Part shown: in pieces, positions 38,575-46,279 of the stretch
Position numbering within the stretch: the first letter of the stretch is position 1
Layout of the letters: each line of letters starts with the position of its first letter
NCBI GenBank assembly: GCA_963750915.1
Contig: CAVVSF010000007.1
Location: 1,110,654 to 1,174,653, forward strand
Direction: 5' to 3'
From: an uncultured Acidobacteriota bacterium
GTDB lineage: Bacteria; Acidobacteriota; Vicinamibacteria; Vicinamibacterales; 2-12-FULL-66-21
Length of the DNA: 64,000 bases
Notes under the pieces: generated by a model
Told to the model about the DNA's origin: nothing
The model's input: the letters and a program-made list of their open reading frames with translations, nothing else
Databases searched by the model: none
Program-made: the position numbers and the translations under genes

Positions 38575-40783
38575 CGGCGGGCTCCATCAGCGCCATCAGC
38601 GATTCGGGCGTCATCGGCAGCGTCCGCGGGTCGGCGCCGAGCGCGTGCGCGATGGCGTTGGCGATGGCCGGCGCGGGCCCGTCCATCGGCAGCTCGCCAA
38701 TGCCTTTCGCGCCTCCCGGACCGTGCGCGTACGGCTGCTCTTCGAAGTAGACGCGGATCGGCGGCAGATCCATCGACGTCGGCATGATGTAGTTCGTCAT
38801 CTCGCCATTGGCCATGCGGCCCTCGCGCCACACGACCCGCTCGTAGAGTGCCCAGCCGATTGCCTGGGCGATGCCGCCCTCGATCTGCCCGGTCGCGAGC
38901 ACCGGGTTGATGACGCGCCCGACTTCCTGGACGGCGACGAAGTCGTCGACGCGCGTCTCGAAAGTCGTCGTGTCGACCGAAACCTCCGCGACGTACGCCG
39001 CCCAGGCGTAGGTGCCGTACGCGTCACCCTGATACGTCTCGTCGTCCCACCGCAGGCCGGGCGGCGGCTGGTAGCGGGCGATGGCACGCAGCGGGCCGAA
39101 TCGCGCGGTGAAGTCGGCGCACGCACGGCAGAACGCCTCGGGCGCGAAGCCTTCTGCAGCCAGGCCGGCCCTGGCGAGCTCGGCGCGCAGGTTGGCTGCC
39201 GCCGATTCCACCAGCTTGCCGACGACCATGCACGTGCGCGAGGCGACGGTCGGGCCGCTGTCCGGTACGACGGCCGTGTCCGGCCGGACGACCTCTATGA
39301 GGTCGGGCGGCACGCCGAGCGCGTCCGCGGCGATCTGCGTGAAGATCGTCGTGGTGCCCTGGCCGATCTCGGTGTTCGACGAGAGGATCCGGACGTGGCC
39401 GTTGCGGTCGGCCTCGATCGCGACGACGGAGCGCAGGTGTTCCTCGCCAGAGCCGGTGAAGCCGGCGCCGTGCATGAAGGTGGCGAGGCCGATGCCCTTC
39501 CGCACCGTCAACGCCGGGTTGACCGCGGTGAAGCGGTCGCGCTTCGCGTGGTAGTCGGCGATCGTCATCGCGCGATCGAGCAGCGCGGCCATGTCGATCG
39601 GATCGCGCATCACCTGGCCGACGGCGCTCGTCTGCCCAGGGCGGATGAAATTGCGGCGGCGCAGTTCGTCCGGGGTCAGACCGACGGCGGCCGCGACGCG
39701 ATCCATGTGGCGCTCGAGCGCGAACAGGCTCTGCGGCGCGCCGAAGCCGCGAAACGCGCCGTGCGGCGGCGCGCTGGTCGCGACGGCGCGGCCGCTGAGC
39801 CGCACGTTCGGGCAGAAGTACGGCCCGGCGGCGTGAATCGTGCCGCGCGACAACACTACCGGCGACAGCGTGCAGTAGGCGCCGCCGTCGATGACGAAGT
39901 CGATCTCCATGCCGAGCAGCCGGCCGTCGGTCGACACCGCGGTCCGATGCCGCGTTCGCGACGGATGCCGCTTGGTCGACGCGACCATGTCCTCGGCGCG
40001 ATCGTAGACGAGCTTGACCGGCCGGCCAGACTTCCACGCCAGGAGCGCGGCATGCGCGGCAACGATGGACGGGTATTCCTCTTTCCCGCCGAAACCGCCG
40101 CCGGTCTCCATCTGCACGACGCGAACCTTGGCGGCCGGCAGATCGAAGATCGCCATCAGCGCCTTGTGGATGTAGTACGGGCACTGCATCGACCCCCACA
40201 CCGTGACGCCGGCGTCGGGCGAAGCCACCGCGATCATCCCGTTCGGCTCGATGTAGAGCTGCTCCTGCGCGCCGGTCTCGTATTCGCCTTCGACGATGAC
40301 CGGGGCCGCCGCGAGCGCCGCGTCGACGTCGCCGCGCGAGACGACATAGCGCTTGAAGACGTTGTCCTCTCCCCACACGATCTCGCGCCCGCCGAGGGCA
40401 TCGTCGATGGTGAAGACCGGCGGCTCTTCGTGAATGTCGATGCGGACGTGGCGGCGCGCCTTCTCGAGCAGCTGGCGGTCGGAATGCGCGAGCAGCAGTA
40501 CAGGTTCTTCGGGATGATTGACGCGATCGTCGGCGAGGCAGGGCTGGTCGTCGAGGATGAGCGCGATGCGGTTGCGGCCGGGGATGTCCGCCGCCCTGAC
40601 GACGGTGATGGCGCTCCAGTCGATCTCGGGACCGTATTCGATCCCGCGGATCCAGCCGCGCGGCGACGGGCTCCGGACGGTCATGCCATGCAGCATGCCC
40701 GGCAGTGTCATGTCATCGACGTACTGCGCCCGGCCGGTGACCTTCTCCGGTCCGTCGCGACGGGGCGTTGACGCGCCAAGCAT
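38567..40783 (-). CDS. xanthine dehydrogenase/aldehyde oxidase family, molybdopterin-binding (large) subunit
   Basis: ORF 38567..40783, 738 aa. Motifs GGGFGGKE and GKGIGELP. Overlaps the small-subunit start by 8 nt. Confidence 0.92.
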   Translation of the reverse strand: MLGASTPRRDGPEKVTGRAQYVDDMTLPGMLHGMTVRSPSPRGWIRGIEYGPEIDWSAITVVRAADIPGRNRIALILDDQPCLADDRVNHPEEPVLLLAHSDRQLLEKARRHVRIDIHEEPPVFTIDDALGGREIVWGEDNVFKRYVVSRGDVDAALAAAPVIVEGEYETGAQEQLYIEPNGMIAVASPDAGVTVWGSMQCPYYIHKALMAIFDLPAAKVRVVQMETGGGFGGKEEYPSIVAAHAALLAWKSGRPVKLVYDRAEDMVASTKRHPSRTRHRTAVSTDGRLLGMEIDFVIDGGAYCTLSPVVLSRGTIHAAGPYFCPNVRLSGRAVATSAPPHGAFRGFGAPQSLFALERHMDRVAAAVGLTPDELRRRNFIRPGQTSAVGQVMRDPIDMAALLDRAMTIADYHAKRDRFTAVNPALTVRKGIGLATFMHGAGFTGSGEEHLRSVVAIEADRNGHVRILSSNTEIGQGTTTIFTQIAADALGVPPDLIEVVRPDTAVVPDSGPTVASRTCMVVGKLVESAAANLRAELARAGLAAEGFAPEAFCRACADFTARFGPLRAIARYQPPPGLRWDDETYQGDAYGTYAWAAYVAEVSVDTTTFETRVDDFVAVQEVGRVINPVLATGQIEGGIAQAIGWALYERVVWREGRMANGEMTNYIMPTSMDLPPIRVYFEEQPYAHGPGGAKGIGELPMDGPAPAIANAIAHALGADPRTLPMTPESLMALMEPAGA

Positions 40784-40811
40784 GGGAGGTCGCAGGGTAC
40801 TGACCCGACTT

Positions 40812-40870
40812 AGCTGACAGCAAAAGGCTGTGAGCTGAAAGCTGAGAGCTGACAGCTGACAGCTGACAGC
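40812..40870. repeat. AGCTGAN heptamer array with an adjoining inverted copy (hairpin) directly after the YpfJ-like stop codon
   Basis: AGCTGACAGC-AAAAG-GCTGTGAGCT, then GAGCTGA AAGCTGA GAGCTGA CAGCTGA CAGCTGA CAGC up to 40870. The stop codon is at 40871. Confidence 0.8.
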
Positions 40871-41728
40871 CTATTGAAATGTATCGCAGGTCTTCATGTC
40901 ACCGGATTGCAGGCCGCGGCGGAACCAGGTAACGCGCTGCTCGGAGGAACCGTGGGTGAACCGGTCGGGTGCGACGCGGCCGCCCGACATGCGCTGGATG
41001 CGGTCGTCGCCGATCGCGGCGGCGGCGTTCAGTCCTTCCTCGACGTCGCCGGATTCGAGCTCGACCTTGCCCTCCGCGGCGCGGCCCGACCGGGCCGCCG
41101 TGTTGCCCCAGACTCCGGCAAAGCAGTCCGCCTGCAGCTCGAGGCGGACCGAGAGCGCATTCTGCTGATCGGGGCGCGACTGCTGCAGCTGGCGGACCTG
41201 GCCCTCGATGCCCGTAATGCGCTGCACGTGGTGACCGACCTCGTGCGCGAGTACGTACGCCTGCGCGAAATCGCCCGGCGCGCCGAACCGGGCGCGAAGC
41301 TCGTTGAAGAAACCAAGGTCGAGGTAAACCAGCTGGTCGGCCGGGCAATAGAAGGGACCGGTCGCCGACTGGCCCATGCCGCAGGCCGACGGATACGTAT
41401 CACGGAAGATGACGGCGCGGGTCGGACGATAGCGGCCGCCGAGCTGCGCCTGCCAGATCTCCTGGACGTCCCGCATCACCGCGTCGACAAAGAGGGTGAG
41501 CTCCTCTTCCTCCGGTGTCGTCCTCAACTCCCCGGCACCTGCGTTCGCAGAAGGCGGCGCTGTCGCGTCGGGCCCGACCAGCTGGAGGAAGTCGATCCCC
41601 GTCAGCCAGCTCAGGATGAGGACGACCAGCAAGCCGCCGATCCCGAGCCCGCCCATGCGCATCCCGCCCCCGCCCGAGCTGGCGCGAACATCTTCGATGT
41701 TGTCGCGGTTTCCGGCTGTCCATTTCAT
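40871..41728 (-). CDS. YpfJ-family neutral zinc metallopeptidase
   Basis: ORF 40871..41728. N-terminal TM segment; HEVGHH zinc motif; LELQADCFAGVW. Confidence 0.9.
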   Translation of the reverse strand: MKWTAGNRDNIEDVRASSGGGGMRMGGLGIGGLLVVLILSWLTGIDFLQLVGPDATAPPSANAGAGELRTTPEEEELTLFVDAVMRDVQEIWQAQLGGRYRPTRAVIFRDTYPSACGMGQSATGPFYCPADQLVYLDLGFFNELRARFGAPGDFAQAYVLAHEVGHHVQRITGIEGQVRQLQQSRPDQQNALSVRLELQADCFAGVWGNTAARSGRAAEGKVELESGDVEEGLNAAAAIGDDRIQRMSGGRVAPDRFTHGSSEQRVTWFRRGLQSGDMKTCDTFQ

Positions 41729-41762
41729 TGAGAGGTCCTCACGGGCGAGTGAATACTACATC

Positions 41763-41958
41763 GGGTGCGCACGACGGGTGCGCACGTTAGGTGCCCACGG
41801 CAGGTGCTCAGGGCAAGTGATCGCGCCGCGGAGCTGTGACCTGAAACGGCCACCCTAGCCGGTCGCGGCGGACGAATGCAGATACGGTGCCGACCTGGGA
41901 GAACAGACGGTGCGCACCCGTTGTGGGCACCAGCCGTGCGCACCTGACGTGCGCACCA
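41763..41958. repeat. two inverted arrays of four 13-bp units, each with a palindromic GTGCGCAC core (arms ~50 nt, spacer ~90 nt)
   Basis: Core positions are 41765, 41778, 41791, 41804 and 41910, 41923, 41936, 41949, an exact 13-nt period. The reverse complement of the right arm aligns unit-for-unit with the left arm. Confidence 0.9.
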
Positions 41959-41966
41959 GAAGTGAA

Positions 41967-43454
41967 CTACTCCACCACGATGTGCCGCCACTTGCCCTGC
42001 CTGAATCGCAGGACCGACAGGCAGCAGCGGGTGAAGTGGCCGATGACGATGGCGGACCAGACGCCGGAGGCCTCGAGGCGGCCGAGACTCTGGAGCACGG
42101 CGCAGATCCCGAGCGGCAGGACGACCTGCGACACCAAAGTGATGTAGAGCGGACCGCGCGTGTCTCCCGTGCCCTGCAGGCCGCCGGTGAACGTCAGCGC
42201 CACGGTGATGAAGAAGCCGGACACGGCGAGGTAGCGCAGCAGCTGCGTGCCGAGATCCACGACGATGCCTTCATGGAGACCGAAGATCGCGAGCAGGAGC
42301 TTCGGAATGAACAGGAACATGGCGCCGACGATCGCGGCCACCATGACGCCGATGCGGGCGGCGATGTAGACGCCGCGGACGGCGCGCTCGGGCTGGCCGG
42401 CGCCGAGGTTCTGGCCGGCAACGGCGGCGGCGGCGCCCATCAGGCCGACCGACGTCCACGTGATCAGCGCGAACAGCTCGGCGTAGCCGACGGCGTATGC
42501 CGCCTGCGCCTCGGCGCTGTGCGGCAGCGAACCGATGAAGCGCAGCAGCATGACGCCGGCGACGTTCATCGCCACGCCCTGCAGGCCGGCCGGCAGACCG
42601 AAGCGAAACAGCGAGCGGATGATTCCCCAGTCGGGCCGTTTCGACATCGTCTCGGGGAAGTGGACGACGAGACGGCCGCTGAACAGCAGCCACAACCCGA
42701 TCGTCGAGACGATCAGGCTCGCCGCGACGGTGCCGATCGCGGCGCCGCGCGTGCCGAGCGCCGGCAGCGGGCCGTACCCCGGAATGAGGAAGACGTTGAA
42801 GGCAATCGTCAGCACCGTCATCAGGATGCCGAGGCGCAGCGGCGTACGGGCGTCGCCGGCAGCGCGCAGCGCGCCGCCGAGCATGAAGAACATCAGCATG
42901 CCGATGCTGAAGCCAAACATGATGCGCAGGAACGGCAGCGCCTCGGCCTTGACGGCTGATGTCGCGTTGACGAGATCGAGCAGGATTGGCGACAGGAAGT
43001 AGCCAACTGGCGCGAGCACGCCGAGCGAGAGCGCAATCGCGGTCAGAAACGCCTGGTAGACCGTGCGATTGACCTTGTCCGGCTGGTTGGCGCCGGCGAA
43101 GCGGGCAACGAGCACGCCCATGCCGGTGAACAGCGACGCGATGAAGACGATGACGACGAGGAAGATCTGCCAGCTGACGCCGATGGCGGCGTTGGCGGTG
43201 AAGCCGACGTAGTGGCCCACCATCGCGTGATCGATGATGCCCTGCAGCCCGCCGATCGCGTTCTGCAGCACCGTCGGCCAGGCCATCCTCCAGACCGCCG
43301 GCGCGATCGGTCCTTCGACCAGCGACCGATCGAGCTTGCGTACCCGGGTGCCCGCCACGGCCGGCGCCGCCGGCGCCGGAGGATCGATCGCGACATCCTG
43401 GAGCGCCGCGGGAGCGCCTGCCGATGGTGAGGAATCCGGTGCGGACACGGGCAA
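41967..43454 (-). CDS. MATE-family efflux transporter
   Basis: ORF 41967..43454, 495 aa, 12 hydrophobic segments. The N-terminal motif WPTVLQNAIGGLQGIIDHAMVGH is typical of MATE (NorM/DinF-like) proteins. Confidence 0.88.
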   Translation of the reverse strand: MPVSAPDSSPSAGAPAALQDVAIDPPAPAAPAVAGTRVRKLDRSLVEGPIAPAVWRMAWPTVLQNAIGGLQGIIDHAMVGHYVGFTANAAIGVSWQIFLVVIVFIASLFTGMGVLVARFAGANQPDKVNRTVYQAFLTAIALSLGVLAPVGYFLSPILLDLVNATSAVKAEALPFLRIMFGFSIGMLMFFMLGGALRAAGDARTPLRLGILMTVLTIAFNVFLIPGYGPLPALGTRGAAIGTVAASLIVSTIGLWLLFSGRLVVHFPETMSKRPDWGIIRSLFRFGLPAGLQGVAMNVAGVMLLRFIGSLPHSAEAQAAYAVGYAELFALITWTSVGLMGAAAAVAGQNLGAGQPERAVRGVYIAARIGVMVAAIVGAMFLFIPKLLLAIFGLHEGIVVDLGTQLLRYLAVSGFFITVALTFTGGLQGTGDTRGPLYITLVSQVVLPLGICAVLQSLGRLEASGVWSAIVIGHFTRCCLSVLRFRQGKWRHIVVE

Positions 43455-43481
43455 ATGATGATATCAGCAGGCCGCCCGCGT

Positions 43482-44412
43482 TCACGCCTGCGCGCGCATC
43501 GCCTTCAGCGCCTGGCGAACGTCGGCGTGTGCGAGCACGACTGCCGGTTGGCGCTGCAGCGACTCGAAGTAGCGCTTGGCGAAGCCTTCGCCGTCCTCCG
43601 ATGCGGTCAGCAGCGCGCCGACCTGCTCAGCGATGGTCTTCGACCTCGGCCTCGCCAGGCGGCTTCTCCCCCTCGACGGTCTCATCGATCCGGACGACGA
43701 GCTCGGAAAGGGCGTGCAACCAGGCAAACCACGGGTCCCCGATCACCAGCTGGAGCAGGTTCGCCGCTGACCCGACGCGACCGCGATCCAGTTCATAGGT
43801 CGCCTTGGCGTCGTCGATCAGGACCTTGTGCAGGTTGAGGAGGCGGCCGCGAAGGGTCAGAAGGTGATTGCGCGCGGCGTCGTTCTCCGCCGACGCCGGC
43901 GGCTGGATCGCCGCGGCCCGCAGACGCCGCAGGTCGAGACGCTCGGTGACCATGCGCAGCGATCCGTCGCTGGCGCGCGGCCATTCGTCCCGCGGCCGGT
44001 CCCAGTAGAGCTCGACGCCGTTCTGGTCAGGGTCGCGCAGATAGAGCGCCTCGCTGACGCCGTGATCGCTCGCGCCGTCGAGCGCGATGCCGGCGCGATC
44101 GAGCCGCAGCAGGGCCTCGCCGAGCGAGGTGCGGTCCGGGTAGCGAATCGCGAGGTGATAGAGCCCGGTGGTGCCCGGCGGCGGCGGCGAGCCGCCCTGG
44201 CTTTCCCAGGTGTTCAACCCGATGTGGTGATGGTAGCCGCCGGCGCTGAGAAACGCCGCTTGATCACCCATCCGTTGCGTGACGTCGAAGCCGAGGACGC
44301 CGTGGTAGAACGCGAGGGCGCGATCGAGGTCCGCGACTTTGAGATGAACGTGCCCGATGTCGACCCGACGATCGAGCCGCTTGCCTGCTCCGTCGCCCAT
44401 GCCGTCAATCAT
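43482..44412 (-). pseudogene. VOC/glyoxalase-fold (CatE-like) protein with a C-terminal helical extension; frame broken near the end
   Basis: ORF 43627..44412 has IGHVHLKVADLDRALAFY... and ends ...GEAEVEDHR. The +1 frame (ORF 43482..43727) continues TIAEQVGALLTASEDGEGFAKRYFESLQRQPAVVLAHADVRQALKAMRAQA. Length 931 = 3n+1. Junction at about 43631-43640. Confidence 0.6.
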
Positions 44413-44426
44413 GTCGAGCAGGCCGG

Positions 44427-44774
44427 GTGCAGATCAAGCGAAAGCTCGGCAGTGCTCGTGGTGGAGGTTTTGCATCGGCCTCCTCGGTGGAGGAAAAAGA
44501 AGACGTGATCGACACAGAAACGTTCGTGCAGTTCTCGACGCTGCTGCAGGACGACTCTGGCCGCACCTACATTGCGCACGCCTGCGGCTCGGAAATGCCC
44601 GACGGGCTCTGGCAGGGCTGGCTCGAGTTCCTGCCGACCGACGGCGGGACTGCTCTCGCGACGGGGCGCGAAACGACGCAGCCCAACCGGACGGATACCG
44701 AGTACTGGGCGACCGGCTTGACCGAGGTGTATCTCGAAGGCGCCCTGCAGCGGGCCCTCGATCGCGCGATGTGA
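44427..44774 (+). CDS. small hypothetical protein
   Basis: ORF 44427..44774. The more likely start is GTG 44505 (GGAGG at 44489-44493), giving MIDTETFVQFSTLLQDDSGRTYIAHACGSEMPDGLWQGWLEF... High GC3. Confidence 0.5.
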   Translation: MQIKRKLGSARGGGFASASSVEEKEDVIDTETFVQFSTLLQDDSGRTYIAHACGSEMPDGLWQGWLEFLPTDGGTALATGRETTQPNRTDTEYWATGLTEVYLEGALQRALDRAM

Positions 44775-44783
44775 CGCGGCGTG

Positions 44784-45299
44784 TCAGCTTCGGTCCGCGA
44801 TCGACCGCACGACCTTGGCCGTCGTCACGATCTGCCCCGCGTGCCGCTGAGAATGCTCGGCCGCGTGGAAGATCAGGCCGATGACCGTCGTCGGCAGCGC
44901 CGCGCGCCCGACCGCGCGGGCGTCGAACACGGACGCCGGCGGCGTGTTCTTGATCTGGTCGAGCGCGGCGTCGATCGCCTTGCGCAGCCCGGCGAGGAGC
45001 GCGGCGCGGCCGGTGCGCGGGGGATCCTTCTCCGCCGCGAGCGCCGACTTTTGCGCTGCGTCGAGCGTCGCGCCGCGCGCGTAAGTCAGCAGGCGATCCG
45101 TCGATCCGGCCAGGTGCATCAAGTGAAAGCCGACCGGCGCGGCGCCGTCCGGCGCCAGCCATACCTGATCGTCGGTCAACCCTTCTGTCCAGTGCTCGGC
45201 ATCCTCGAGCGTCTGCAGAAAGGCGTGGGCCGCCGGCATCAGCACCGGCTCGACCCCCTCGATCGGGCCGCGGAGCCAGAATTCGGGTTGGAACGACAT
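44784..45299 (-). CDS. DinB-family (DinB_2) metal-dependent protein
   Basis: ORF 44784..45299. Four-helix pattern with conserved His residues (FHLMHLAGSTDRL, IFHAAEHSQRHAGQI). Confidence 0.8.
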   Translation of the reverse strand: MSFQPEFWLRGPIEGVEPVLMPAAHAFLQTLEDAEHWTEGLTDDQVWLAPDGAAPVGFHLMHLAGSTDRLLTYARGATLDAAQKSALAAEKDPPRTGRAALLAGLRKAIDAALDQIKNTPPASVFDARAVGRAALPTTVIGLIFHAAEHSQRHAGQIVTTAKVVRSIADRS

Positions 45300-45373
45300 C
45301 GCGGCCGATCCTATACCGGGTTCCCCTTGCGCCCCCTCCAGCTCTAGCGCAGAATGCCCGCGGAGGCTCCTGC

Positions 45374-46279
45374 ATGCGTCACTGGCCGTCGGTCGCCGTT
45401 CCCGGTCGCAGATTGCTCGCCGTCGCCGCGCTCGCCGCCCTCGGCGTCATCGGCCATGCCCCGACGCTTCCCGCCCAGGCCGTTCCGGAGCCGCCGAAGC
45501 TCACGCCGCTGCCGAAGCTCACGCCGCTGCCGACGCCGGAGGCAGACGCCGAAATCGAACAGTTCCTGCTGAAGGGCGACATCAAACGGACGCGCGGCGC
45601 CGGCAAGGGCATCACCGGCTCGCTTCGCGCGACGATGACGTTCGGCGACCGCACCCACGACGCGCACATCCAGGTCATCGACGAGAGCAAACGCGAGTTT
45701 CAGTCGACCGGCGGCACCGAGTTCAACTTCCGCGACTCGTGGGAGTTCAACGTCGCCGCCTACAAGATCGATCGGCTGCTCGGACTGAGGCTGGTGCCGG
45801 TCTCGGTCGCACGGCGCTTCCGAGACAAGATGGGGGCCTACACCTGGTGGGTCGACGACTTCCAGATGGATGAAGGGGAGCGGCTGAAGAAAAAGCTCAG
45901 GTCGCCTGACACGCTGACCTGGAATGAGGAAATGCAGCTGGTGCGCCTCTTCGACCAGCTGATTGCGAACACCGACCGCAATCTCGGCAACCTCTTAATC
46001 ACCAGCGACTGGATGATCTGGGCGATCGATCACACCCGCGCGTTCCGGGTCGCACCGACGCTGAAGACGCCGGGCAACGTCGTCCGCTGCGATCGCGCGA
46101 TGTTCGAGCGGCTCAAGGCACTCGACAAGGCGACGATCAAGCGCGCAGTCGGCTCCCACCTCCAGAACTGGGAGGTCGATGGGCTGCTCAGTCGTCGCGA
46201 CGCGATCGTCAAGCTGATCGAGAGCCGCGGCGCGGCCGGGCTGTTCGACCGGCGCCGCGAAAAACAGGCCAGGCCGTGA
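45374..46279 (+). CDS. secreted hypothetical protein with kinase-like catalytic-loop motifs
   Basis: ORF 45374..46279. Signal peptide, then LIANTDRNLGNLLI...WAIDHTRAF, which resembles the DRHxxN / IDF(H) loops of PI3/4-kinase-like or HipA-like folds. The stop overlaps the acylase start (GTGA). Confidence 0.7.
   Translation: MRHWPSVAVPGRRLLAVAALAALGVIGHAPTLPAQAVPEPPKLTPLPKLTPLPTPEADAEIEQFLLKGDIKRTRGAGKGITGSLRATMTFGDRTHDAHIQVIDESKREFQSTGGTEFNFRDSWEFNVAAYKIDRLLGLRLVPVSVARRFRDKMGAYTWWVDDFQMDEGERLKKKLRSPDTLTWNEEMQLVRLFDQLIANTDRNLGNLLITSDWMIWAIDHTRAFRVAPTLKTPGNVVRCDRAMFERLKALDKATIKRAVGSHLQNWEVDGLLSRRDAIVKLIESRGAAGLFDRRREKQARP

Noticed and set aside
40874-41731. 285-aa plus-strand ORF that mirrors the YpfJ peptidase gene almost base for base.
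   Set aside because: It is the exact antisense shadow of a gene with HEVGHH and TM signatures. Its composition is again Arg/Ala/Gly-rich, and there is no independent evidence for it.
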